Source: a virus
Taxonomy: Duplodnaviria > Heunggongvirae > Uroviricota > Caudoviricetes
Length of the DNA stretch: 58,013 nt
Virus record (IMG/VR): IMGVR_UViG_3300045988_029198
Coordinates: 1-58,013 of that record
Strand: one strand, 5' to 3'
Shown: one piece after another, positions 36,663 to 45,918 of the stretch
How positions within the stretch are numbered: position 1 is the first letter of the stretch
How the letters are laid out: each line of letters starts with the position of its first letter
Made by a program: the position numbers and the translations under genes
The notes under the pieces: model-generated
What the model saw: the letters and a program-made list of their open reading frames with translations, nothing else
Databases searched by the model: none
Told to the model about the DNA's origin: nothing

Positions 36663-36938
36663 ATGGAATACATATACATTGCTTTTTCACTTCTGTTAAT
36701 GATTGTTGTCGTTATTACAACTGAGAAAAAAGAACAAGGGGTGATAGGGTTAGCAGTTGCTCTGATTCGTGTTCTTTCAATCATGTTGTTGGTAACCAGT
36801 TTTTCAATTGCTTTTGACATCGTGGAATTACAAAGCGATTATTACGGTTTTGTGAAACTTCAACATCAGTTGACATACGCCGTCATATTCGGTTTAGGTT
36901 CTGTTAGCCTCGCTGTTCTTTCATCTTTCAGACATTGA
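36663..36938 (+). CDS. membrane protein
   Basis: 91 aa with three hydrophobic segments. Confidence 0.45.
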   Translation: MEYIYIAFSLLLMIVVVITTEKKEQGVIGLAVALIRVLSIMLLVTSFSIAFDIVELQSDYYGFVKLQHQLTYAVIFGLGSVSLAVLSSFRH

Positions 36939-36964
36939 AAAAAAGCCCCGGACAGTTCCGGGGC
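36936..36964 (-). terminator. rho-independent terminator (minus-strand orientation) downstream of terL
   Basis: stem gccccgga/tccggggc with U-run on minus strand. Confidence 0.55.
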
Positions 36965-37064
36965 GAAGTCGATTAGTAAAACGTGAACGCGGAAAATTGT
37001 AGTGGTACGATTACAGGAGTAGTAAACCCTATGAAAACGGGCGGGGATAATCCCGCCACACTGT

Positions 37065-38828
37065 TTAAAAAATGTCACCGTATTCAGGAGTACCAACAGG
37101 GTTCACACCACCAGTAAATGGTTCTTCAACGAATTCAGTGCGTTTTGGTGATAGTGCAATAACCGCAGCATCGAAAAAGTTTGGTGACTTACTTCTGTTT
37201 GGTTTCTTGTCGATCACAATCTTCCCGGCACCGTTACTGGTATACGTTGGCTGACTTAACTCAGCTTCTAACCGTTGTGCATTTTCCAGTGATGGATCAA
37301 TCAGAATGATTTCGTCCGGATCCTGTGGTTGACCTTCCACATACCATTTATAAATTCGCTGACAACGCAGGCGTAACGCCCACGATGCCTGTGCTTTATA
37401 ATTTGAGAAATAATCTTTGTTTGATTTACGGTCTTTGTCACCAGGTTTCGTGCCACCGATAATATCACCACCCGGATCCACAACTTTTCCATTCGGTAAC
37501 CACGGGCGCACACGGAAGCGTAAAGTATCTTTCCGGTCGTTTGCCGCTACTTTAACGCCTGTACCAACACCGTTAACTTCGTACCAGTATTCATCAACAC
37601 CCAGCATATTAGCCATCGTCAACATTCCCGGTGCAGCCAGTTCAGCACCCCTGTGGTCAAGTTGCAGATGTGTCAGGAATACACCGTGAGCAATTACCAG
37701 TGCACTTGCGTCTTCACCACCGTCTGCGGCATCCTGTCCGGCGATACGTTGACCTGTTGGTGTAAGTAGTCCATTAACTTTGCGCCATTCTGTGTCACGG
37801 AAAGCGTCAAAAGCAGCACGTACCCATTCAGCTTTAATCAGTACACCCTGAACAGCAGCGGCATAATCGCGATCGACTTCCTGTGCGAAAATATGCTGCA
37901 AACCTTTTTCAGCGAACGATTGTTTTTCTCGTTTATACCATTCGTCGTCTTTAGCCGGGTGATCACGCCAGTCCAGAACCATGACACGCAATTTACCACG
38001 GGGTAATTTCTTACCTGGTTCCCATTCCAGACCAGCTTTACGATTACGATAAAAAACGTTACCAACACCGTTAACTGAACTGATGTCGATACGAACGTTG
38101 GTGTTAGCTGACAACGACGCTTCGATCAGTTCAGGACGATCTACGTGTGCTGCCTCGTCGAGAAAATAGACAGATTTACGACCACCACGACCGATGTTAT
38201 CGCCAGCTTCACCAGTAATTGTTGCACCGTTTTCTGGGTTGATACATTTCATGTAAACCAGATGGTCTTTTTCACGCAGACCGATCGGGCGTAATTCCGG
38301 TGGTAATGCGCGGATAATCTGGCGAATCTTTTCAAAAATACTATCCGGGTCGCCCAGTTTATCAACAAGCTGTTCTTTACGTGATCCCCAGCCAACTGAA
38401 GAACCAGGACGATACAGCCACGCCCATACGGACAAACCACAGGCTACCCAGGTCGCGCCATAGTCTCGCGATTTTTCCCAAAGTCCTTTCTCTTTGTCTT
38501 CAAGCGCTTCGTAAACAAACTGAACCATGTCAATTTGACGTTCGAAAAGGCAGAAAGGCATGTTGGGTGGATATTCAGTACCAACGTTACGCGGGTCATA
38601 AGTAAACGCCCAGTCGAGAATGAATGCTACCGGGTTTGTTTCGTAATACTTTTTCAGCACCGGGACAATTGCCCGATCCGTGCGCATACGGTTTAACAGG
38701 TTAATGCGGTCAATGTAACACTGTTTATAATCCGGTCGTGGCTGACCTTTTCGCCAGATACGTTCGTCATTTGCGTAGGCATCCCGCCAACGCGGGTAAT
38801 TATGAATATTTCCAGTAAACTTATTCAT
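37065..38828 (-). CDS. terminase large subunit
   Basis: 587 aa; deviant Walker A region KSRDYGATW, size and position upstream of portal. Confidence 0.75.
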   Translation of the reverse strand: MNKFTGNIHNYPRWRDAYANDERIWRKGQPRPDYKQCYIDRINLLNRMRTDRAIVPVLKKYYETNPVAFILDWAFTYDPRNVGTEYPPNMPFCLFERQIDMVQFVYEALEDKEKGLWEKSRDYGATWVACGLSVWAWLYRPGSSVGWGSRKEQLVDKLGDPDSIFEKIRQIIRALPPELRPIGLREKDHLVYMKCINPENGATITGEAGDNIGRGGRKSVYFLDEAAHVDRPELIEASLSANTNVRIDISSVNGVGNVFYRNRKAGLEWEPGKKLPRGKLRVMVLDWRDHPAKDDEWYKREKQSFAEKGLQHIFAQEVDRDYAAAVQGVLIKAEWVRAAFDAFRDTEWRKVNGLLTPTGQRIAGQDAADGGEDASALVIAHGVFLTHLQLDHRGAELAAPGMLTMANMLGVDEYWYEVNGVGTGVKVAANDRKDTLRFRVRPWLPNGKVVDPGGDIIGGTKPGDKDRKSNKDYFSNYKAQASWALRLRCQRIYKWYVEGQPQDPDEIILIDPSLENAQRLEAELSQPTYTSNGAGKIVIDKKPNRSKSPNFFDAAVIALSPKRTEFVEEPFTGGVNPVGTPEYGDIF

Positions 38829-38891
38829 GATTATCGGTCCGTTTGTAACTGTTCTGTACAGTTTACCACGGGTGATTGGTGGTGACAGAGA

Positions 38892-38933
38892 TTTAAAATA
38901 ATTCTTGACGGATTACATAAGTGGTGTCAGAAT
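38892..38933 (+). promoter_or_regulatory. conserved promoter module copy
   Basis: ATTTAAAATAATTCTTGACG, 17-bp spacer, CAGAAT -10. Confidence 0.6.
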
Positions 38934-38965
38934 CTGATTATCAATTGAACAGGAGTAACACAGGT

Positions 38966-39298
38966 ATGAAAATTAAAGACCACAACGGATTATTTAAAGA
39001 AGTTCTTACCGTTCGTCTTGAACGTAATGCACAACCTGAATACGGGCAAAATGCCGTTTACTGTGTTCATTTTAAAGACACTACATTTTCATATTTTGAA
39101 GATGATGTAGACACTGTTGAAATTGGTGGCGATCTTTCAATATTCGTAAAACTTTATAATACTGAACTTATGACTTACATGCTTCAAACGGTCCTGAATA
39201 CGTTCGGTCGCACTGATGGGGTGTATGTCACTACTCAGACAAAACAACGTGTAATTGAAAACATTCGTGAACTACTGGAGCGCGTCGAACATGGGTGA
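38966..39298 (+). CDS. hypothetical protein
   Basis: ATG at codon 16 of track ORF. Confidence 0.45.
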   Translation: MKIKDHNGLFKEVLTVRLERNAQPEYGQNAVYCVHFKDTTFSYFEDDVDTVEIGGDLSIFVKLYNTELMTYMLQTVLNTFGRTDGVYVTTQTKQRVIENIRELLERVEHG

Positions 39299-39473
39299 TA
39301 AACCAACTCTGACACCGTGGCGGATCCGTCTGGAAGCTGATGACGTTGCGACGATTTACGCTTATCAGGATAAACCACGAAATTTAGCACTGGGGCAATA
39401 CGCGCAATTATTCATGTTATCGTCCTGGCAGATTGTGCAACAAGCATTGGGGAAGATTAAAAGAGGTTGTTAG
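39291..39473 (+). CDS. hypothetical protein
   Basis: ATG at codon 13 of track ORF, overlapping upstream stop. Confidence 0.4.
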   Translation: MGDKPTLTPWRIRLEADDVATIYAYQDKPRNLALGQYAQLFMLSSWQIVQQALGKIKRGC

Positions 39474-39476
39474 GTT

Positions 39477-39686
39477 ATGTTTGATTACAGAAGTATGACC
39501 ATATTTGAATGTTTAAATCTATTGGTAACAACCGACCGTCCTGTACTTTGCGACGCAGATTGGCAATGTGCGTATCTTGGTGAGCTTGAGGAAGAGGATT
39601 TTCAAAGAAAACAATACAGTTTGTTTTGCACCAGGTCACAAGGTTATCGCTATTCAGGCGGTAGTTTTAAGGTTTATAAATTATGA
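39477..39686 (+). CDS. hypothetical protein
   Basis: track ORF 69 aa, AGAGG RBS. Confidence 0.4.
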   Translation: MFDYRSMTIFECLNLLVTTDRPVLCDADWQCAYLGELEEEDFQRKQYSLFCTRSQGYRYSGGSFKVYKL

Positions 39687-39738
39687 TCAGTAATCTTTTA
39701 TTCTACATGCTAATTTTTATTATTGGTGTATTAGCGAA

Positions 39739-39930
39739 ATGACGACTTGGAACATTTGTCATAAATCCGGGCGCGTACTGTTCACCACAAATGATGAACA
39801 GACCGCTATGAATCGTGCTAAATATGGGTGGAGGGTTGAAAAAGTGGATGACCGTTACGAAATTGCAAAACAGCACGGAATGTCGATAGAGTTCATCGAC
39901 TGTTCTGGGAGAACAAGAAAGCCAGTTTAG
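39739..39930 (+). CDS. hypothetical protein
   Basis: track ORF 63 aa. Confidence 0.4.
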   Translation: MTTWNICHKSGRVLFTTNDEQTAMNRAKYGWRVEKVDDRYEIAKQHGMSIEFIDCSGRTRKPV

Positions 39931-39950
39931 GTAGTGCCTGGTTTATCACC

Positions 39951-40127
39951 ATGAGCGCAATGTGGGAAGGGTGGAAAGTCAGTCGGGAACAGTTGGTAAT
40001 TGAATTACCAAAGCATGCTGGCATTTGTATTAAATCACCCGCAACACCTGTAGACGGATATGAAGCTGGTGTGCGCGATGTTGCTAACGTTCTGACCAAT
40101 GCCGGATTAACTGTTAAATTATCGTAA
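39951..40127 (+). CDS. small hypothetical ORF (58 aa)
   Basis: open frame between flanking genes on coding strand; weak RBS. Confidence 0.3.
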   Translation: MSAMWEGWKVSREQLVIELPKHAGICIKSPATPVDGYEAGVRDVANVLTNAGLTVKLS

Positions 40128-40188
40128 ATCCTATACCATCTTCGCCAGTTCCACACTACCCTGAAACTATCAAACAGGAGTGTGGAAC

Positions 40189-40395
40189 ATGTTCAGATAC
40201 GTTTTAAAATTACTCGCCATTATTGCAACATGGCTGATCATACAGTCCGGGTATGACCTGCGTGTTCGTAACCAATGCTCAGACTATCAACGAATTACAC
40301 GAACTGCGACAATCTACAGTCACGGTATTTGCTATGCTGCAGACAGTGACGGACAATTTAAAATAATTCTTGACGGTTTACACATCATCAGATAG
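40189..40395 (+). CDS. small secreted/membrane-anchored protein
   Basis: ATG at codon 4 of track ORF with AGGAG upstream; hydrophobic N-terminus; 3' end overlaps promoter copy. Confidence 0.45.
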   Translation: MFRYVLKLLAIIATWLIIQSGYDLRVRNQCSDYQRITRTATIYSHGICYAADSDGQFKIILDGLHIIR

Positions 40396-40398
40396 ACT
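40356..40398 (+). promoter_or_regulatory. conserved promoter module copy (overlaps 3' end of upstream gene)
   Basis: AATTTAAAATAATTCTTGACG, TAGACT -10 candidate. Confidence 0.55.
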
Positions 40399-40431
40399 TC
40401 AGTTTGTGTAAAACAACTGGAGTCTATCACC

Positions 40432-40698
40432 ATGTTTAAAACTGGTCAACACGTGGAAATCACCAGCCCACGACTGTTAGAAATTCTCGCACGTCGCAAA
40501 TCTAAACCATTCGGCACTGTTGTAGCGGTCGATCCGCAAGCTGAATACCCGGTTAAAGTTCGCATCACTGACGATACAGGGTTTCAAATCCCCTTCACGT
40601 TCAACGGTGAACAGTGCGATTACACGTTCTCATTTACTATGAACGGTCATCATGACCATCGTAGCCTTTCACCTGATTTAAAAGTGGTGAACGTATGA
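40432..40698 (+). CDS. hypothetical protein
   Basis: track ORF 88 aa. Confidence 0.45.
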   Translation: MFKTGQHVEITSPRLLEILARRKSKPFGTVVAVDPQAEYPVKVRITDDTGFQIPFTFNGEQCDYTFSFTMNGHHDHRSLSPDLKVVNV

Positions 40699-40850
40699 TT
40701 TTAGATTACGCGATTAAAGTGTTAGGTTCCACTAACACTTTGTGGAGTATTCCACCACAACGACTTATTACTGACCGTAAACAACCACATCGTAAAACAG
40801 GTATTGCAAAAGCCCGACGCGATGCGAAGAAAAGAAGGAACCGGAAATGA
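40695..40850 (+). CDS. small basic protein (51 aa)
   Basis: ORF below track cutoff, ATGA overlap with upstream stop. Confidence 0.35.
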   Translation: MILDYAIKVLGSTNTLWSIPPQRLITDRKQPHRKTGIAKARRDAKKRRNRK

Positions 40851-40893
40851 AACGGTTGATTATCTCATTCACGAATAAAACAGGAAAACAACT

Positions 40894-41808
40894 ATGAACT
40901 TCTTTAAAAACGCAATTATTTATCGTCTGACTAACCCGATGGTATTAATGGCCCAGTTACCAACACTGGAAGACAGCCTGTGTGCGTTTCAATTCAATCC
41001 GTGCGGTTCACAGGATATGGCGCGTACTGGATGGATTCCGGCAACTGAACAACATCATACACTGGTTCACCAGGCTAATGGGCAATATCTGCTGACACTA
41101 CAGAAACAGGAAAAGATTATTCCTGTTCCGGTCATCAAACAGCATCTGAACGCGCGAATCGCCAAACTGGAAGCTGAACAGGCGCGTAAGCTGAAGAAAA
41201 CAGAGAAAGATAGCCTGAAAGATGAAGTGTTGCACAGTCTGTTACCACGGGCATTCGTTAAAAACAGTCGTACACAGTTGTGGATTGATATTACTAACGG
41301 GTTGATCGTGGTTGATGCGTCCAGTGCTAAACGGGCTGAAGATGCGTTAGCGCTGTTGCGTAAATCCCTGGGTAGTCTGCCTGTAGTCCCACTGACAACT
41401 GAAAACCCTGTTGAACTGACAACAACGGAGTGGGTACGTTCAGGAAACGCGCCAGCAGGTTTCATAATGGGTGATTCTGCTGAACTGAAAGCAATCCTGA
41501 CTGATGGCGGTGTTGCACGCGTTAAAAAACAGGATTTAACCAGTGACGAAATAGCCACGCATATTGAAACCGGGAAAGTCGTTACAAAACTGGCTCTGGA
41601 TTGGCAGCAGCGGGTAACGTTTACGCTAACTGACAGCATGACGTTAAGCCGTCTGAAGTTCTGCGACGAGTTGCTCGACCAGAACGACGATATTGACCTT
41701 GAAGACAGTCTGGCACGATTTGACGCTGATTTTGTACTAATGACAGGTGAACTTCAGGCGCTGATCAAACAACTTATCACTGCTTTGGGTGGGGAGGCGA
41801 AACGATGA
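40894..41808 (+). CDS. rdgC: recombination-associated protein RdgC
   Basis: 304 aa; RdgC hallmark FKNxIIYRL ... [16 protein letters not shown] and full-length colinearity with bacterial RdgC. Confidence 0.8.
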   Translation: MNFFKNAIIYRLTNPMVLMAQLPTLEDSLCAFQFNPCGSQDMARTGWIPATEQHHTLVHQANGQYLLTLQKQEKIIPVPVIKQHLNARIAKLEAEQARKLKKTEKDSLKDEVLHSLLPRAFVKNSRTQLWIDITNGLIVVDASSAKRAEDALALLRKSLGSLPVVPLTTENPVELTTTEWVRSGNAPAGFIMGDSAELKAILTDGGVARVKKQDLTSDEIATHIETGKVVTKLALDWQQRVTFTLTDSMTLSRLKFCDELLDQNDDIDLEDSLARFDADFVLMTGELQALIKQLITALGGEAKR

Positions 41809-42140
41809 AAACAGAACAGGAACGTATTATTCAGTGGTTATGCTCTGGTGAAACCGGACTAAGTTCTAAAACGATGGTCTGCATTCACACAGGTAATGAA
41901 ATGGGTGGCGACTGGGGATTTCGTGCACCACGGGATGTTGCTGATTTCCGTCGTTGTTGGTTCCTGGTTGAAGCTGTACCAGAAATCAGAAACAGTTTTC
42001 CATTGATTGCTGAAAAATGTCCGGCGTTTAAAGGAGTGATTGAAAACTGGGACGCTATCAGTGCAGCTTATGAACGTGAACGCGGATCCGGTAAATGTCC
42101 TGAAACGTATCGGTTGTTGAAAGAAGCGTTGGGCGAATAA
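41805..42140 (+). CDS. hypothetical protein
   Basis: 111 aa, ATGA overlap with rdgC stop. Confidence 0.45.
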   Translation: MKTEQERIIQWLCSGETGLSSKTMVCIHTGNEMGGDWGFRAPRDVADFRRCWFLVEAVPEIRNSFPLIAEKCPAFKGVIENWDAISAAYERERGSGKCPETYRLLKEALGE

Positions 42141-42148
42141 TGAACATT

Positions 42149-42176
42149 AACCCCGGTTAACCCGGGGTTTTTATTT
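42149..42176 (+). terminator. rho-independent terminator
   Basis: ccccgg-ttaac-ccgggg then TTTTTATTT. Confidence 0.65.
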
Positions 42177-42178
42177 AA

Positions 42179-42216
42179 AATAATTCTTGACGAATTACAG
42201 TAAAACAACCTATAAT
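42179..42216 (+). promoter_or_regulatory. conserved promoter module copy, near-consensus sigma70
   Basis: AAAATAATTCTTGACG, 18-bp spacer, TATAAT at 42211-42216. Confidence 0.7.
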
Positions 42217-42250
42217 GACCTCATTGAAACGAACTGTGAGGAACTGAAAA

Positions 42251-42439
42251 ATGGAACTGAAAGTAATCAAACGCGCTAAAGACCTGACACCCGGTGCTTT
42301 TAAAATCGGAACCGTTGTTGATCTGGATACTGACGACATGGTTGTTTATCACAAGGGTCTGGAATGGAATGTTCGTAAAACTGACGATGGTTACTACACG
42401 ATGGGTAACAGTGAAACAGTTTTTGAAGTTGTTGTGTAA
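42251..42439 (+). CDS. hypothetical protein
   Basis: track ORF 62 aa, GAGGA RBS. Confidence 0.45.
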   Translation: MELKVIKRAKDLTPGAFKIGTVVDLDTDDMVVYHKGLEWNVRKTDDGYYTMGNSETVFEVVV

Positions 42440-42468
42440 AACATCGCCCGGAATTAACCGGGCTTTCT
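42440..42468 (+). terminator. rho-independent terminator
   Basis: gcccgg-aattaa-ccgggc then TTTCT. Confidence 0.6.
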
Positions 42469-42555
42469 AAAACGCTCTCTGACGAACTTAACACCCCACA
42501 CTGTACCATCGCACCACCCAACCACCAATCGTCAAAAAGCAAACGGTTTCCGGCG

Positions 42556-43191
42556 TTATTTGAGTGCCTTCTGATACAGTTGCGCGATATCGTCGATGGT
42601 TGCACCTTCAGGAACACTCTGAACCACGTTTCCAACCACACCTGACAATTCCACACGGTCGATACTGTTCCCGGTGATCTTATCCAGTTGTTCAGACGCT
42701 TTTGCACGAGTTTTCGGGTCGAACAGTTCACGTGTCACCAGGATGTATCCGCCCAGCATGTAACGTTTGTAGCAAACTACGTACTGTTGCAGATGGCTGG
42801 GGATATCGTCGGTACTGTTCACCCACAGGTGTTTCGCTTCCGTGTCGTCTTCACCAGGAACAATGACACGCTGACAATACGGTTCCAGTAATTCTTCAGC
42901 CGTGCTTGCCGCTCGTTTCCACCACTCGACACGACTCGTTAACGATTCCCCGACAGACTCAAGCGCATGACTTCCCATCGCGTCCAGATAGTTCAACACC
43001 TTCGTATTCGACAGGAGGCGATGTGCGGTAACTTTAGCTGCGTCAGGGTCTTTATGTCCCGGATAAGCGTGTAAGACGCACTGAGCGTTGCTGAAGCCGT
43101 TATTGACACGATCTAACCACAGGTTAGCAAAACGGAGTTGATCGGTTGTTAACTCCAGAGCAGCCCTTTTAGCCCGGTCTGAAATTTTCAT
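42556..43191 (-). CDS. terminase small subunit (Terminase_2-like)
   Basis: ATG at codon 40 of track ORF with GGGAG RBS; LTTDQLRFANLWL...FSNAQCVLHAYPG...RLLSNTKVLNYL resembles TerS HTH region. Confidence 0.6.
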   Translation of the reverse strand: MKISDRAKRAALELTTDQLRFANLWLDRVNNGFSNAQCVLHAYPGHKDPDAAKVTAHRLLSNTKVLNYLDAMGSHALESVGESLTSRVEWWKRAASTAEELLEPYCQRVIVPGEDDTEAKHLWVNSTDDIPSHLQQYVVCYKRYMLGGYILVTRELFDPKTRAKASEQLDKITGNSIDRVELSGVVGNVVQSVPEGATIDDIAQLYQKALK

Positions 43192-43254
43192 AAATTTGTC
43201 TCCCATAAATTTTAAATTAGTTTCCCACAGATACCCACGGGTTGTCCACACGCC

Positions 43255-43700
43255 CTGTTTTACAGCTAATACAATGTTAGTATTAAGTTTACAGTTAGTG
43301 CACAACATGCACTAATTTTCGACCACATACATAAATAAGTAACCCATAATCACAATCATTTCAAAGACTTGCATAAAAACATAGATTACAATAGGTATCT
43401 CCCAGACTTTTATTTTAGCTCTATTTACAGCTAATACACTATATGCACTATCTCTATCTTTCTATACTACTTCTTCTTTATATCTATGTTTTCTATGTTA
43501 TCTATAAAAAGATAATAAAAAGAATAAGATAGAGAGAGGTTGGTTAAAAAGTAAACATGACGAAATCTATGTTAAGTATAACTTTAATGCACAACATGCA
43601 TTATATAATTCACAACGTGCATTAGCTGTACCAACATAGATACACAACGTGCACTAACAGCTAATACACAACGTGCATCTTGCACTAGCTGCTAACGCGC
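43255..43700. promoter_or_regulatory. AT-rich iteron cluster between divergent terS and a DNA-binding-protein gene (candidate operator / pac / ori)
   Basis: at least 5 copies of CACAAC(A/G)TGCA and 3 copies of AGCTAATACA; contains copy 2 of the 95-bp repeat. Confidence 0.55.
43476..43576. repeat. ~95-bp AT-rich dispersed repeat, copy 2
   Basis: see copy 1 at 26485..26587. Confidence 0.8.
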
Positions 43701-43739
43701 GTTATGATTTATCCGTGGTCAAACAAGAAGGGTATGATA

Positions 43740-44516
43740 ATGAAAAAGAACCTTTTAGACGAATTGATAGATTTAAAAGGCGGGGTACAAAATGCTGTTG
43801 AATACCTTAATCGTCGAGGTGTTAAGGTGACTGTTGGTCGTTACAACCAATGGTTGAGCGGTAGGTTTCATCCTAAATATGAAACGATCAGTATTATTCT
43901 TGAAGAGATTACTGACTTCACACTGTCACCCTTGCCAGTACAACATTCTGACGAAAACATTGTTCTTAAACACACAATACCGGTTACCGAACTGCGTCAG
44001 AAATTACCACACAGGCGTTTTGCTAATAACTACTGGCAACGTGTCAGATACGTTGATTCACAGATCCTGGAAGCTGTTCACGGTCACGACGTGTGGACAC
44101 GGTTTGAGGCGATGTGTGGTAATTTTGAATGCGCAAGATACGTGTTACGCAGAAATTTAAACGAACACACAATTACTGACAGTTGGATTCAGAATGGTTT
44201 GCGCCGGGGATGGGTCCCGGAATGTGTAAATGTAATGGCCGATTTGCTTGAAAAATACGAAGGCACCGGGACACCGTTTAACGTGATGGTTTGTGAAGCA
44301 CCTGTAGCACGAGTGGAACCACCTGTAGCACGAGTGGAACCACCTGTAGCACGAGTGGAACCACCTGTAGCACGAGTGGAACCACCTGTAGTCGATGTCA
44401 GCGATTTGAAGGAGAAAATCAGACTGTATGCGTTATCACACAACCCGCATTGCGATGTAGATAATATGCCTGATGATGTTGTTTTGATGATGTATAAAGA
44501 TATGATGGGTCAATAA
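43740..44516 (+). CDS. putative DNA-binding protein (N-terminal HTH-like) with (PVARVEP)4 tandem repeat
   Basis: ATG at codon 13 of track ORF with GAAGGG upstream; start ambiguous between 43704, 43734 and 43740. Confidence 0.45.
   Translation: MKKNLLDELIDLKGGVQNAVEYLNRRGVKVTVGRYNQWLSGRFHPKYETISIILEEITDFTLSPLPVQHSDENIVLKHTIPVTELRQKLPHRRFANNYWQRVRYVDSQILEAVHGHDVWTRFEAMCGNFECARYVLRRNLNEHTITDSWIQNGLRRGWVPECVNVMADLLEKYEGTGTPFNVMVCEAPVARVEPPVARVEPPVARVEPPVARVEPPVVDVSDLKEKIRLYALSHNPHCDVDNMPDDVVLMMYKDMMGQ
44299..44393. repeat. 21-bp tandem repeat, ~4.4 copies, in-frame
   Basis: cacctgtagcacgagtggaac repeated head-to-tail. Confidence 0.9.
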
Positions 44517-44520
44517 AGAT

Positions 44521-44547
44521 AGCGGGGTAGTTAGCCCCGCTTTTTTG
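44521..44547. terminator. rho-independent terminator between convergent genes
   Basis: gcgggg-tagttag-ccccgc then TTTTTT. Confidence 0.7.
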
Positions 44548-44742
44548 TTAGTATTCGTCGCTATCATCCTTGTCATTGTATTCGATAAAATGACCCAATC
44601 GTTGTAATTCAGCACCTGCCATGAAATAACCTAGTGCGTCTGCTCTTTCGGAATCATTTTTAAATTCAGAAAGCGGATAACGTTCATAGAATTTATTAAT
44701 CAAAAGTGCTTGATCGAATTTTGTTGCATCATGATTCTTCAT
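44548..44742 (-). CDS. hypothetical acidic protein
   Basis: track ORF 64 aa. Confidence 0.4.
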   Translation of the reverse strand: MKNHDATKFDQALLINKFYERYPLSEFKNDSERADALGYFMAGAELQRLGHFIEYNDKDDSDEY

Positions 44743-44805
44743 CCGTACACCTCATAGAAAACGTGCGCCACATAGAGCGCACTGATAATTAATATGAACA
44801 GGTAG

Positions 44806-45060
44806 TTATTCACTTTTCAGGCACTCTACGCAAGTGCCGTTGATGAAGTGATGTTTGTGGTTGCTGAGGCTTTCGAATTGCTGGTTGGTGGTGTCACAAT
44901 CGTCTGCTATTTTGTTCAGTATCCCGTAAGAATGAGAAACCAGCGAATTAAATTCATCATCACTGATTACCGGTACAGGGACAAATCTAATCCCGGCATG
45001 TGCAAGACTGTTTGCCATTTCAAGACATTTGCGTATTTCTACAGGCGATGCTTTATTCAT
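44806..45060 (-). CDS. hypothetical protein
   Basis: ATG at codon 3 of track ORF, 2 nt after HD gene stop. Confidence 0.4.
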   Translation of the reverse strand: MNKASPVEIRKCLEMANSLAHAGIRFVPVPVISDDEFNSLVSHSYGILNKIADDCDTTNQQFESLSNHKHHFINGTCVECLKSE

Positions 45061-45062
45061 AA

Positions 45063-45632
45063 TCACAGATTCCCCATCGCTTTAACCAGCGCGTCGTAGT
45101 GTTTGTCAAACGCGGTTAACTGGACGTTCGTTAGTTTGTATTTGGCTTTAAACAATTCACGCTCAACAAGCGCGTATAACTCCTGGTTGCTTGCGTCTGA
45201 CAGATGAGCAAGCATGAGTTGTTTTTCAGCCAGGTACGTTACAGCAAACTTCGGATCGTGTCGGACAATTGAAGATGTGTTATCCAGCAGATCACACAGT
45301 TTTATAGTTTTCACCACAGGTTCAGCCCGTGATAAATGGTCGATATCCCGTGCTTTACGCTTAACACGGTTGCCGTGGTGTGGACGACTCACATCAGTAA
45401 GCTGATCAACATAACGTGCCACAGTCTCACCGAACTGCGAACACACATCACCCACGGTCACTGGCGTATCTTCAACGACGTCATGCAGCCAGGCAGCGGT
45501 AACCATATCCGGCGTACCACCATAGCGTTTAACCAGTTCAGCAACGTTCCGGCAGTGGTTCACATATGGGTCGTTGGTGTACTTACGAAGTTGATCACCG
45601 TGTGCGGCTGTTGCGAATTGTTCAGGTGTCAT
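45063..45632 (-). CDS. HD-domain (p)ppGpp hydrolase-like protein (small alarmone hydrolase-like)
   Basis: 189 aa; RelA/SpoT-type HD motifs AHGDQLRKYTNDPYVNH, AAWLHDVVEDT, KTIKLCDLLDN. Confidence 0.7.
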   Translation of the reverse strand: MTPEQFATAAHGDQLRKYTNDPYVNHCRNVAELVKRYGGTPDMVTAAWLHDVVEDTPVTVGDVCSQFGETVARYVDQLTDVSRPHHGNRVKRKARDIDHLSRAEPVVKTIKLCDLLDNTSSIVRHDPKFAVTYLAEKQLMLAHLSDASNQELYALVERELFKAKYKLTNVQLTAFDKHYDALVKAMGNL

Positions 45633-45916
45633 GATGGTTGTACCTCAAGTTTTATAGCGAATACTTTCACTGGATTATTTCCGAAAAATTCATGATTGAT
45701 TGTTTTTATTTCATAACCTCGATAGTGCATATTCAGAATCCGTTCGTTGTCATCTTTGCGCGGATAACCACGAGTGATGATTAACCTGTCATAGGTTCGG
45801 TTAATTAAACGTTTTTCCAGTAGTCATTGAACAAACGGTATTCTTCGGTTTTTTTCACCATTTTTAATCTGGTCAAAGTATTTACCATTAACGGCAAGTT
45901 GAAGTTTAGTGCTCAT
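45629..45916 (-). pseudogene. ASCH-like ORF interrupted by a single in-frame TGA (codon 31, at 45824..45826)
   Basis: one frame reads MSTKLQLAVNGKYFDQIKNGEKNRRIPFVQ-TGA-LLEKRLINRTYDRLIITRGYPRKDD...KLEVQPS; final stop overlaps HD gene start. Confidence 0.4.
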
Positions 45917-45918
45917 AT

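Noticed and set aside
41067-41639. Track ORF antisense within rdgC
   Set aside because: rdgC is strongly supported on the plus strand; the antisense ORF is Ser/Cys/Arg-rich and typical of a spurious reverse frame
45336-45695. Track ORF on plus strand over the HD and ASCH-like genes
   Set aside because: Antisense to genes with conserved motifs; no promoter or RBS
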